From contig NC_087437.1 of NCBI RefSeq assembly GCF_036321535.1, positions 93,188,001 to 93,252,000 of the forward strand: a DNA stretch of 64,000 nucleotides. The letters run 5' to 3'. Below the pieces are notes generated by a model. That model had not been told where the DNA came from and searched no databases. It saw only the letters and a program-made list of their open reading frames with translations. This document shows positions 41,540-53,192 of this stretch, one piece after another. Every line of letters begins with the position of its first letter. The stretch's first letter is position 1. This stretch comes from Camelus dromedarius (lineage: Eukaryota). The position numbers and the translations under genes are program-made.

Positions 41540-42400
41540 CTTATTCGTTCATTACCAAGTACCTAACATCTGCCAGACATTGCACTTAGTTCTGGCGAAA
41601 CAATGATAAAAACAGTTGATTTGTCCCTGCTCTCACGTAGCTTAGACTTCATGGTTAGGAGAGGGGGGAAAACATAATGATTAATTATGTGATCCCACAA
41701 TGCAAATGAGACTGAAATAAGTGGTGTCAAGGAAGGTTTATGATTCTGAAGAGGCTATGGTAGAGGGATTTGGTCTACTTGGTGAGGATAGGAAGTGTTT
41801 CTGGGGACGTGAAACACTATCTGAAGGATGCTAATCTGAAGGATACTTAAGATTTAATTAGAAAAGATGGAAAAGAGACTACCAGGCAAAATATGTAGAG
41901 GTTATGCAGAGACCCTTCAATGGGAGGAAACATAGCTCCCTTCTGGAGCCAAAGGATCAGGGTACAGATTTTACATGAAGCAAGGGGCTGAGTGAGGAAT
42001 GTCAGAATACTTGGCTTGAAGGACATATTAAGGATTTTGGACACTGTCCTAAGAGTTCTGGGAAGCTGCAACATGTTTAAAGCAGAGTGTGAAATGTTTA
42101 AATTATTATTTCATTAAGATTGATCTGCAAGCTGTATGTGGAGAATAGACTGGAAAGGGGACACAGTAAATATAAGCACACCTTTCAGGCAGCTCAGGAG
42201 CAAAATGACTGTCATCCAGAGCAGTGGTGGTAGAGATGGAATTGTGTACACAGATCTGAGAAATATTTAGAAATGATAATCATTAAGACTTGGTGAGATG
42301 TTGGGTAAAGGCAGTGAAGGGAGAGAGGTATTAAGGATAATTCCTAGGAATTTGGTATTGTGCCCTTATTGATCAATTTCATCAAGAAAGGATGCCAAGC
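41540..42400 (-). mobile_element. L2 LINE 3' portion
   Basis: attcgttcatt...tgccagacattgcacttagttctgg...tccctgctctcacgtagctta...aaggattttggacactgtcctaag. Confidence 0.85.
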
Positions 42401-42507
42401 AAAAAGATTAGTTTTGCTACTACAGCAATATGTACAAATTGCTAAAGACACTAAAAGACATGGTTGAGTTGTAACATAAGTGTTGAACAGCTCACATGAA
42501 GACTTCT

Positions 42508-42532
42508 TACACACACACACACACACACACAC
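42508..42532. repeat. (CA)n microsatellite
   Basis: Directly visible. Confidence 0.95.
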
Positions 42533-42609
42533 AATTTTCATGGAGAGCTAGGATGGTGGTGTAATATCCAGTAGAATTATCAGCATTGGGGCTAGTCTAT
42601 TAGGATCTT

Positions 42610-43040
42610 ATGTATGAATTTTGGGATATTTAACTGCAAACAACAGAAATCAACTCTGGTTAAATTAAGCAAAAAAGAATTTACTAAGAAAATAATGGGG
42701 CTTATAAAATTCATGGGACCCTGTGTATGAAAATAGGACTTGGGAATGAGCAGGTCAAGTGGTCCCAGAGGCTAGAAAGCAAGAAGAAAAACAAGAGTCT
42801 AGGAAGAGTATCAATCTGGGTGAGTTATGGCTGTTAGAATGGGATGGATTCCCATTACACCTGGTCTCTTTGCCCTTCTGCTCAAGAGGAAGCATCTGGT
42901 TGGCCTAGGTCATATCCCATGTCCTCGACTATGGCAACAGCACAGTATACTGGAGAAGGAAATTCCTCAAAAGGATATCAAGATTCTATTAGAAAGGCTA
43001 ACTGCGATCTGAAAAGCCCAAAACAAATCTCTGCTACCCC
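42610..43040 (-). mobile_element. MaLR LTR (MLT1K-like)
   Basis: ctgcaaacaacagaaatcaactctggttaaattaagcaaaaaagaatttact...gcatctggttggcctaggtcatatccc. Confidence 0.75.
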
Positions 43041-44879
43041 TTGGAAGGCACTTACCCTTCTCTCAAGTCTTCACTGAAGCAATGCAGAAATGAAATAATC
43101 CTTTCAAACATCTGTTTGCTCACACATGTGAAAATGGGAGGATCTTCTCTTAACTGGCAGTTGATGAGGACAGTGAATAATCAAATGAGTTTGCCCCTCT
43201 CTGTGTTTTCCTTCCCTTCTTCACCTCACATGTTCTGGGGTTGATAAGGTGGCCAGATCTACTCATCTTGGTTTTTGCAACTACTGAATATATTGCATTA
43301 TAGGGAGACATTAGTTTGGGAGGAGGGGAAGAAACTTTCCTTAGCTCCCCAATACAAGCTAGTTAAAGATACAAATAAACTATGTATGGTATTTTACAGT
43401 TTGTCATAAGTCAAAATGAATTCTAAAAGGATTGCATCATGATTTAGAGAAAAATGTGACTTTTTTATGATGCAGTTTTCTCTCCACAAAATAAGCATTT
43501 TTCTATATTTTGGCCTTAACTGTTCTAAAGTTATGTACTTTAAAGAGGAGGCATTCACATCACAGTTGATTTACATACATTTCATAATAATTCTCCACAC
43601 CCTACAAAGACAATTCAAAGATATTCATCAGAACCTATACAGTTGCATATGAAATAATTGCAAGAGTTTTGTTTGTGCCCATCACTTCCCTGTCAGTACA
43701 ATTCTCCTCACTTCTCTCAGAAAATATGTCTCTTTCTGAACACAATTTTGGTTCCCGACTGTGTTAAGTAATTTATCTCCAGTTGTTGTCCCAAATCCTG
43801 CATCAAATTACCTAAGTTGTCAGTCAGGTTTCCACATATTGATTCAGCAGTCTCAGCCTTATGTCCTACCCAACTCCAGCAGAGAGTTGATTGCTTTACT
43901 CCAAAATCCTTTGAAAAGTTAAATTGTTAACAATACAAATTCACTGGAAATTGGGATAACTCTTTGCCTTAGCTTCAATCTCTTCACCTTGAGCCCTGGG
44001 CATTTAGAACTCATCTCTGGGCAGCAGGGCAGGGAATTGGAAAGGAAAGTGGTAATGCAGTTACTGCCAGGAGCCAAAGGAGTAGTCAGATGTCTACTTA
44101 CTCTGGCAGTGAGCACAGCTGATGCTCACTTGCCTGCTTCCCAAAGCAAATGGCTACTGATGGACAGGGTCAATTAAATAGAAGCTGCATTCCAGGGTTC
44201 CTGCGTATTCCTGGACAAATAACCAGAGAGAGACAAAAACAAGTGGTCCTAGAAAGTAAGGGAGCCATTTACTACAACCCAAATCTTTGTCTTGATTCAA
44301 CTCTCGTCCCAAAGAGAAACATTTTCTTATAATACCAATTAGGAACGTTGTTCTGTGGATTAGTTCCATAGTAGCTAATGAAAATCATATCTGATTGCAA
44401 ATGCCATACCTTTATAAGAAGGCTCTAAAGCCTTAAATAGGCTTGAGTGCTTTTTAGTTAATGTTCAATTTGTAGCTAATATACTTTAGGAGTTAAGTGC
44501 CAGTGTTTAACCTGTTAAGAGATTGTGAGTTAACTTGGGTGTTTAACAATGAGCTGTTTTGAAGAGTATTACCAGTGAGCAGGTGTTTAAGAGAGCGGAT
44601 CATAATTTAAAGTACTTGACTGAAAAATAGGGAATACTTTTTAATGACATTTATATCGTTGGTAAAAACTCTATATGGAAAAAAAAAATAATAAAAGTTG
44701 ACCCGCAAGGCAGGGTAGTGCATTTTCATTGCTTTTCTTCACACAATCATGATGCTCAATCTTGATGTTAAATGGGAGCCAAGAGTCCTTTTATTGCATC
44801 TTTTCATCCATTCGTTTAAAAAGAGTTTTCTCTGTCCTCTTGGTAACAAAAATCCTAAAGGGAGTGGTTTACAAATGTA

Positions 44880-45260
44880 ACCTTCTTTGAGCTTCTCTTT
44901 TTTCTCTCTCATACCCACTCCAGTCATTGTGTGTGACACTGCCACAGCAGGTCAAAGCCTCCATCAAATCCACCAGCGACCTCCACATTCTAAATTCCAG
45001 TTGCTCATTGTTTTCTCGCCTTAGTTGATATCTCGGAAGGATTTCACATACTGGGTCCTCCCCTCCCTGGTGAAGTGTTTGTCACAGGACCTGTGATGTG
45101 CATTCGCCGCTGCTTCTCCTTTTCTTCACTGGCTGCTCATCCTCAGTTCCTATTCATCTCCCCGACATTTTAATGCTGGAAGTCCATAGACGTCTTTTTT
45201 TTTCTTTCTACACTCACTCCCTTCCTGATATTGTCCAATTTCATGGCTTCCTTTGTTGAT
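44880..45260 (+). mobile_element. L2 fragment
   Basis: caccagcgacctccacatt...ttcactggctgctcatcctcagt...tctacactcactccctt...tcatggcttc. Confidence 0.75.
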
Positions 45261-45948
45261 CCTTAAATAAGATATTTAGACTGAATGCCTATGAGATAAT
45301 AATAATTGTTCTTCTGGCCATACTGTATTAAGCATATACTCTATCTCAATTTATATGCATTATATACATTATAAATGTGAACTTTATGCCAGAGAATCCA
45401 TATATTTGCCAACTTTCAGATTGAGAATCAGCACAGGCTATTAAGACTGAACCAAAGACATAGAAACACCCCAAACGAGATGGAAGTTTATGACACAGTA
45501 TTTTGTTTTGGCACTGGGAAGAATGTTGGGGGAGGTCATCAAGAGGACGTGACTGCAGGTTGGCCTGTGAGCTGGACCCAGGTGGCTGGAGGCTCCTCAC
45601 CCTCTCCTCTGTCCTTGGAATGTATGTTCTGCCTACCACTCCCACACAAGGTGCCCTTTCAAAACTGTAGACTTGAGAAAGTAGTGTATCATTGAGACCA
45701 CCTGGATTACACAGGTGACTAAACCTAGCTAAGGCTTCTACAAAAATTTTTAAGATTCTGGTGGGCAGTGTGGGGAATCTACCCATTATGAAGCTGCTCA
45801 AGTCAAGTATCATATGTAAGTCCCCTTGCATATTAAAACAGCCAATCTGGCGTGGCCTGCCAATTTCTTAAGTCTCTTCTTGCCCTTTGTGTATAGGAGC
45901 CATACACAGATCTCATCCTGGAAATTCCTGAGGTTGCCAACCAATAAC

Positions 45949-45966
45949 TGGCAAGCCAGCCAAGAG
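45949..45966 (+). promoter_or_regulatory. Primer binding site, tRNA-Arg
   Basis: tggcaagccagccaagag matches TGGCGAGCCAGCCAGGAG at 16/18 positions. Confidence 0.85.
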
Positions 45967-46019
45967 ACCAAAGAAATTGGTCTTGGGAAAGAGGCATCCT
46001 TGGGAGAGATCCCGAATTG

Positions 46020-47380
46020 GGCATTGACCTCTGTGTAGGAGGGGCGGCCTGTGTGTTAGATGCTTGTGGACCACTGTGTGAGTACGGGGATGTCCTGAAA
46101 ACACCAGCTAGTCTAATGCAGTTGTGTGTGGAACTGCACAGAGTGCACTGCAGTAAAGTAGGGAAACAAATAGCCCCTGCAGTGGCTGGCCTCGACTGTG
46201 GGCAGGTTGGCTCGCCACTGATGTCCACTCGAGGCTGAAACTTAATTAGAAAGTTGGAAGAATGGCCGAAGTTAGAGAAGGACATACAGGTGTCCACTGC
46301 TGTGCTTGCTTTAGGGCTGGCAGACAAGGTGGGAGGGCAGGATAACTAGTTGGAGACCTTAGCTTGTCATTTTGCAAAGCTAGGAGGGTGCAGTCTGCTG
46401 AGGATTAAGGTCCAGATGCTTGTGACAAAGCCTGGTTGGGACACTAGGAGGTGAACCCTGGGAAGGTGAGGGGAGTGAAGAGGAGGATGTTGTGACTGAC
46501 TGTGAAATGGTTGAAGCACATGTGGCATCTGACCCTGGTACAAAGGAAAGCCAAAGCACTGTGGCCACAACCACAGCCAGCAGGGCAGCCCCAGATTCAG
46601 GAAATGTTCATGATGTGAGAATGGATTTCCATTGAGCTTGTTGATACAGCTGCCAAGTTCCAACAAAAGGCCAGGGAAAGTATCCAGGCAAGGTCAGTGC
46701 TGTTATGGGATACAGGGGGTGACGGCATTGCTCTGACTGGGTAGGAGGCAGAGAAAATGAGCAACATTACTACACACTCTGTTCTCTGGCAGCACCTTCA
46801 GGGTTCTCAGGAGTTTCAAGGAACTCTCTTGTGGATTGGAATATTCTATCCTACAAGGAAGTTTGGCCCAGTGAGGTGGGGGTCTCCCTGGGCATATGGG
46901 GCCTTGGAAATCTGCAAAGGAGATACAAAAAGTTCTTAAGAATTGGAAATGAGACAGGCCATCTGTGCCCCTGTCTTTAAACACCCTGACTAGGCCACAT
47001 TCACTGTGGTCTTCCCCCAGCACCTGGTATGGGACGCTGATATCCACACTGAGGCCAGTTGTGGGACAAGATGTTTATGATTTGGGGCAATCTATTGCTG
47101 ATCTGAGGAAAACTGACAAATCTTAGGAATGGGTACAGGCTGTAGGAAAGATCCAAGACAGAGAGGGAGCTCAAAAGGCCAAAGGGCTGCCCCAATCAGC
47201 TGTTAAGTGTCCAGTAAATGTAACCTAAAAGCACACGTGGTCTGAAAAGATAGACCTTCAATCCACGGCTGTGTTGACTGACCTATGCAAAGCCTTAAAA
47301 TCTAAACAACAGCTCAGATCTGACCCACCTTTCCCTACCATCCCTAATGGGGTGGGTGCCTCCTGTGCCCCGGGGTAAGA
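46020..47380 (+). pseudogene. Decayed ERV gag
   Basis: Fragments read KLEEWPKLEKDIQVSTAVLALGLADKV and LVTKPGWD.RR..PW; many stops and frameshifts; lies directly after the PBS. Confidence 0.7.
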
Positions 47381-47409
47381 TTTGGGCCAAGACTGCCTCA
47401 AGGTGAGGG

Positions 47410-48950
47410 CCACTGGAGGTGATGGGAGGCTTCCTGCTGAGCTCACTCTTCACTGCTCCTAGCCCTGCACGCAGTGCTCCTCCAGGTAGTCTCTCAGGAG
47501 GAAACAGCATATCATGGTAAGAGCTCTTCCTATCAAGGGGTGGGTTGAAAGTATGCTTTATTAACTCACTTCTGCCATGGCTCAAACTCCCACTTTGATT
47601 AAGTTGCATGCCCATTTGCAGCCCAAGAGTCCCTGTCTGCCAATCCACTGTCTCTAGAAATGTGGGTGCCGCTAGGCCCTATGGAGTACATAGATCCTCC
47701 AGATGCCCCCACCCCTATTCTTGTGGGGGCCCCTGCTGCCTGCAGAGAGGGAGCAGGGGAAATTCTTCCTGATATCTGCTATAGAGATGGCTCCATTCGA
47801 GGCACCTGCCACATGAAAACTGCATTCGCTATTCAGCCCAACACTGACACCATCTGGATGGAAACAGGAACGAACCACAGCAGCCAGTGGCTCAACTCAA
47901 GAAAGATTTAGCTGGTGATTGATTTACTCACAGTTCCTAGACAGTAACCCTTTGCACTGGCAGCTGGGCTGTTCCAAAGAGATAACCCGATGGCTTGGAC
48001 AATGGGAAGCCAAGGGGTGGATGATCATGAACAAGGTTTTGTGGGGTCAAGACATGTGGAAAGACAGTTGGGTTCATCTGCAAGAACCTGAGGCAGTCCT
48101 CACTGTCTTCCTCATCCCAGCTTGTAAGGCACTGACACCCCCTGGCATCAGGAAGCTGATGCACTAGCTCAGATACTAGCCCTTGCAACCAACCCTTCAG
48201 TAGACACAGAAGACTGGGTGCAGATAAAGAATGGCCACTATAGTGCCCAGGGGGGATGGCATACTGCCAAGGATGCTGGATGCCCTTGAAATACAGTGAC
48301 TTGGTTAATGCAGTAACAGCATGTTCTGTGTGTCCTAAACAATGCCGAAGGCAATTGCCAAAGGAGTCTGGGGCCATACACTAGAGTTCCCAACTGGTGA
48401 GGGGTAGGCAAGTTGATTATGTTGGCCCCCTCCCTCTGAGTGAGGGTTCATATATGCTTTGGTTTGTGTGAACACTGCATCTGGCCTAACCCAAGCTTTC
48501 CCCTGTCACTGCCCAAACCAGACTGCCACCTCTAATCCACATTAGAGGATTAGAAAAGCTGAGTACCGTATACAGATACCCTATTAAATAGACAGTGATT
48601 GGAGGCCATATTTCAAAGGTCATAAGGTGCAAGACTAACAAAAGGACATGACATTGAACAGAAGCTCCATCTGTCCTCTAGCCACATGCAGCTGGTTTAG
48701 TAGAAAAGAAGAATGAAATATTAAAGCAGCAGATTAAATTACTATTAGATGAAACACCTTGGCAAGGTGGACTAAAGTACTGTTTCAGACTTTAATGTAT
48801 TTGAATGATCAATCACTAAAGCTTGTTGTCCCAAATGCCAGACTGGGCACCTCTCATGGGACAGCCAATACCATGAAGATATCCAAGTCGCAGGAAACAA
48901 CTGTTGCCCCAGGTCTTGACGGTGGGTCAACTGTTATCATGGATTATGTG
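47410..48950 (+). pseudogene. Decayed pol remnant: protease stub fused to RT connection, then RNase H and integrase
   Basis: RNase H: YRDGS..., AIQPNTDTIWMETGTNHSSQW, WLGQWEAKGW...WGQDMWKD; integrase: GH...CSVC, QVDYVGPLP, DSD..., AGLVEKKNEILK; broken by stops and frameshifts. Confidence 0.88.
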
Positions 48951-49369
48951 AAAAACACCAAGTCCCATTACATCTGGGAAAGGCATTATCTACTCTAATT
49001 TGCAATGGGACAGCCCATCTGGATGGGCAAGTTACGTCACACCCCTGGGGGAGGGGCAATAACTCCACCTCTGTTGGGATCCTGTTGTCCTACTGCAAGC
49101 CTGACCAATGGAAACACACTAGATCTGAAATGGAACACAGATCACTGAAAGAGGGGAGAAGGCAGGGGCCTGATCTGTCATATCTTGCCCCTAGTCCCTC
49201 TCCTCATGCCTGACAGTACGGCCTCCCCCAGCCAATGTGCCTGGTGTGCGTAACCAAGTCTTTTTCCTAAAGTGGCAGCCACATTAATATCTAGGGATCA
49301 GTCCACAATTGTTATTCTTAGAGAAGGGGAAGACCTTCCCTACAAGTTTCTAGTAAATAGCTGTCCTTC

Positions 49370-50700
49370 CATAATTAGACTTCTGCTGCTCCTGCAGTCA
49401 CAGGATGGGCCCCTGGTGGAAATGTGTTTCAACAAAGGGCCCACTCATATGCCCAGCAAAGGAATCACTCTGAGTGTTGGGTATGTGGGAGCTGCCCCTC
49501 TAGAGCTCATCAGGATTGCCGTGGTGGGATCACTACTCCAGGAAGAAGAGTGGTGGGCCCTAAGGCAGTACATTAAAGAAGAAAAGCTAGGATTAGCACT
49601 CTTTATTCATCTGGTCTGTGTCACATACTATCAATAACAGTAACACTGGGCATGGGTATTCTTTTTTCTTTTTTGTCAATCAAACTACACAGGCAGCCCA
49701 ACAAACTCTTGACTGGAAGAATACTGAAAATACCACAACCAGAGCACTGGGTGGCTTGGCTCAGACTTGGGATGGCTTTATGTGGCTCACCCTGGGTTAT
49801 GTACTTTCGAGCACCCAAGCACCCTTATGCTGGGAACAGAAAAATCCCTCTGCACAGAAGCAACCCAGTTGCCCCAGGATTATGGGAAGGATATCCCTGG
49901 AACTGTGTCCTCATTCTGTCACATTAAAGGATAGTGACTGGTTTGGCACTGACCAGTCACACAGCCCAAGTATTTATTGAGTAGCCTCACAAATGGCCAC
50001 AAATCTTTCACTGTTACTTCCACCTGGTTTGCTGGCCTCTGCACACTGTGTTTTCCCTGAGCACAGAGGAGAATCTGCCCTAGGGTGACAAAAGTTGGCA
50101 ACATCCACTTCACAGGGCTAGACGGCCACATTCTGTTTTCTACTTGTTCATTTGGCCACCATCTTGGTTCCCTCCAAGGGCCTGGAGGACTTTATAGCAC
50201 ACACAGGAGCCCTTACTAAATTCATCCCGTGAGCCTGAAATGATAACTGGCAAAGCCTGTCCTTAATGAACACTGACATGCCTCTAATGAGAAACCCTGT
50301 CCCCCCCAAATAGAATAGCCTGGGACATTATTACTGACTCACAAGGAGGCACCTATGTCATTATCTAAACAATATTGTGTGTTGATACCTGATTGATCTG
50401 CTAAGATGTCATTTTTATTGAATCACATGAGGATGCAAATGAGTGATCCGACCATCGCCTGTCCCCCTGGTCCCCTAGAAGAGTTAGTAAATCAGTGGTT
50501 TTGGATCATGGGGCTCTTGGAGGAAACATTTGTTACTTAGAAATTATTATCTTAATGTGCATATTCTCTTCATGTGCTCAGACTGTTGTTGGGGCATCTG
50601 CAGCCAGACAGCTGCCAAACGAGCCACCTCCCGGCTAGTGAAACCCCTTGCTGACCTCTCAGGGCACAATGAGGAAGCGGGAGGCGGGGGAGATTATAAA
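49370..50700 (+). pseudogene. Decayed gamma-type env
   Basis: SU CWVC motif at 49475-49486; TM immunosuppressive-like (Q)NRIAWDIITDSQGGT followed by a degraded CX6CC..IPD at ~50307-50393; multiple stops. Confidence 0.85.
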
Positions 50701-50842
50701 AGCCAGTCAGGAGTGGTGGAGTGTTGGACAAGGTTATTGAGAGGATGTAGCAGCCGTCTGACCCACCAGTTGGACCCGGGCAGTTTCAGAGGCTCCTCAC
50801 CCTCTGTCTTGTCCTTGAAATACATATTCTGCCCAACATTTC

Positions 50843-51388
50843 TGTTATGGGCAAAGCCCACTGGGGGCCTTGGGAAAAATAAGATGGAATCTAGGTGATG
50901 AGGTCTAACCTCTTCTTTCGTGCTCAGTCTAGTTTCGCTTGCCTGCTGGGAGCCGCACGAAGATGCCTTGCACCTGAGACGTTGGATTAGTGTTCCCAGC
51001 GCAGAACAGCTGCGTCAGGGCACCCCGGCCTGGCCGACAGTGCGCAGAAGCGCTGTGCGCAAACTCAAGACTCGAGAAGGCGGCGGCGGCGGCGGCGGCT
51101 GGGCCTGCGCTGAGATGCTGCCTCTCGCACCTCAGGCTGAAGGGTCCTGAGCCACGCAACTGCCCTGGACTCGCGAGAACTCCGCGGCCTCCCCTCCCTG
51201 CTGGCAAAGCCGCTTGTTCCTGGCCTGTTGGGGAGCGTGGCCAGAGTTAACCCTAGAGCACCAGCTCACGCCTGTCCATTCTGTGATCAAGGAACAGCGT
51301 TTTCCTTTGCTTCTGCACCGAACTGTCTCCTATCGGCTGGAGTGACACCGGCAGGTGGACCCTGGTTGGGGCTGGTCTCGGGAGTCAA
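50843..51388 (+). mobile_element. Solo LTR of a different family (5-bp TSD, ERVL-class; possibly MER70-like) nested in the 3' LTR of provirus B
   Basis: Absent from the other LTR copies; begins tgttatggg; flanked by atttc (50838-50842) and gtttc (51389-51393); host LTR resumes in register; orientation inferred. Confidence 0.75.
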
Positions 51389-51690
51389 GTTTCTACAGTG
51401 GGAGCCATTTTCGTGGATGCAGCCGGGAGAGAGCAACGTGTTGCTGAGACCTTTGGATAGTATATGTGAGTGAAGTCTGTTAAGACCCACGTAAAAACTG
51501 ATTCTGGCAGACGCGGAGGGGTGTGGAGATCTGCTCTTGTTGCCGCCCACAACAAGTCCCGTGAGTAAGTTCCCGCGCTTATTAAAACGGCCACCTCCCA
51601 GCCTGGAGTGGCTGCCTCTTCCGTCTCTCCTTGCTCTCCTTGTCTGTGGGGCGGGGAATGGGGGGGGGGGCTGCTTCAGATTTCATCCGG
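50915..51690. promoter_or_regulatory. CpG island / candidate LTR-derived promoter
   Basis: About 48 CpGs (hand count) in ~780 bp against a CpG-depleted background; (GGC)7 at 51079-51099, GCGC-rich NRF1-like sites, CTCGCGAGA at 51170-51178, GC box at 51648-51656. Confidence 0.7.
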
Positions 51691-51889
51691 GAAAATTCCT
51701 AAGACTGAAAACCAACAAAGAATTAGATACTTCTACAGGTGAAAAAAATTCTCTTTCTCAGGAGTGCAAAAATTGACCTCAAATGCTTCCTGTCAAGTAT
51801 TCATTAACTATAATCTATAGGCAACAACCAAAACCCCTCAAATGCCTTCTAACTGCATGTTAATACTTGTGCTGTAGTATCTCTTTGAA

Positions 51890-53192
51890 CAGTTGGAGTT
51901 GCAATTTGGTATCTCTGGAAGCGGTCTTTGAGATGGAGTTTGGGATTCAAAATGTATACATGAGATAGAAATCTGGGAAAGAAAAAGAGAGGAGGCAAGC
52001 TTGGGCAAAGGAAATAGTAAAACAGACTAGACAAATTTAGATCAGACCAGCAGGCGGCTCTGGAGCAAGTTCACTTGTCAGAGTGTTGTGTGTCAGACGG
52101 AACTGTCTAAATGTTACACCCCTCCCCTCACTTAGTAACCAGCTGTGGATGACAGCTGGAGGGTATCTGCAATCTCCCCACATCAGGCCCTTTCCCTACG
52201 GAGGGTCTGGGCACCACATCACATCCATCTCAGTGTGCCCCTTGCACCTGGGCTCATCTACTTCGTATATACTCAGACGGCAGCTCGAGCTCACAGGTCA
52301 GCATCCTAGGGTTTCCTGCTCAGAGCCCTCCCCACGGCGTGACTGACTTGCCTCAGTTGGGCATTTCACCTTGTTTGTTGCTGGGCGTTTAACCACTCGG
52401 TCTATTAGGTCCTGGACTTGGTGTGTGGCTTCTTCTGTCCTGCCGTGCAGATGGTAAGTGTGTCTTTGTAGGCAACTACACAGACCTCTGGCTTTTACAC
52501 TTGGTTTCTGGTTGCCTGTTACCTCTGCTGCTTGTTCTCTTTCCCAATGGAGCATCCGTGGCCTTTAGCCACAGCCACCCCATGCTGTGATTCTTACATC
52601 TGCTAGTTCCTCCCTCAGTTGCAATGTTTGATCTTTACCTGTGGTAATTTATTTCCTCCTTCCCTGGGACACCCTCCAGTTCACCACTAGTTGAGCATTA
52701 ACTGTCACCTTGTCGGAGGAATGTTCTTGACTTACCACCAGTGATGGCATCCTCATTGCCTGCAGCTTGCTGAGTCATCTAGTTTCAAAGCCCCCACTGA
52801 TGGCCTACTTTCATAGACCTCATTTCTGGGTTCTCCAGGAGCGGAGATAGAGCTCGGGGTGTAAAGCATTTATTAAGGATCAACTTCTGTGCAAGGAAAA
52901 GCAGGAGGCAAAACTTGACCTTGAAAGAGTTGCATTGCAATGTGGGCCCCACAAAGCCCTAGCTGACTTGGCAGGGAGCTCTGAAGTGAGTAATGCCCAT
53001 CAGAGTGTCATACCAGGTCAAAATTCCTGGGACTTTATACCCTCACTTTGCCTAGCAATTAATATGGGCTCAAAACGGTGTGGTTTCTGAAACTGGGGCA
53101 GATCCTGAAGGAGCTAGAGCTGCAGGCTGCTTGCTGAATATGCCCTTCATTCCTGAAGCGGTGCCTCTGGGTGGCACATCTCTGTGTCTGAC
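51890..53192 (-). mobile_element. LTR16-like ERVL remnant: two LTRs (~51890-52232 and ~52810-53192) with a short internal fragment
   Basis: Antisense LTR16 motifs (ctggaagcggtctttgagatggagtttgg; gcatttattaaggatcaac...ggaggca; ctgggtggcacatc); antisense PPT-like ccccttg after the first LTR. Confidence 0.65.

Larger units (their letters stand above)
45524..51717 (+). mobile_element. Provirus B: class III (ERVL/ERV-S-like) ERV with decayed gag, RNase H, integrase and gamma-type env; lacks most of protease and RT
   Basis: 5' LTR 45524-45946, PBS 45949-45966, PPT-like gagtggtggag before the 3' LTR (50722-51717); perfect 5-bp TSD AAGAA at 45519-45523 and 51718-51722. Confidence 0.93.

Noticed and set aside
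45346..46666. Long minus-strand ORFs (161, 164 and 99 aa) and the similar ORF at 13863-14171
   Set aside because: Antisense to LTR/gag; their similarity reflects shared proviral DNA, not a conserved protein
49272..50898. Intact env / syncytin-like captured gene
   Set aside because: Env is split into short ORFs in different frames with stops, and the CX6CC motif is degraded
50920..51473. ORFs with poly-Ala or poly-Gly tracts
   Set aside because: By-products of the GC-rich nested LTR and the (GGC)7 repeat; no coding evidence
12581..51717. Segmental duplication as the origin of the two proviruses
   Set aside because: Flanking sequences and target-site duplications differ, so they are independent integrations
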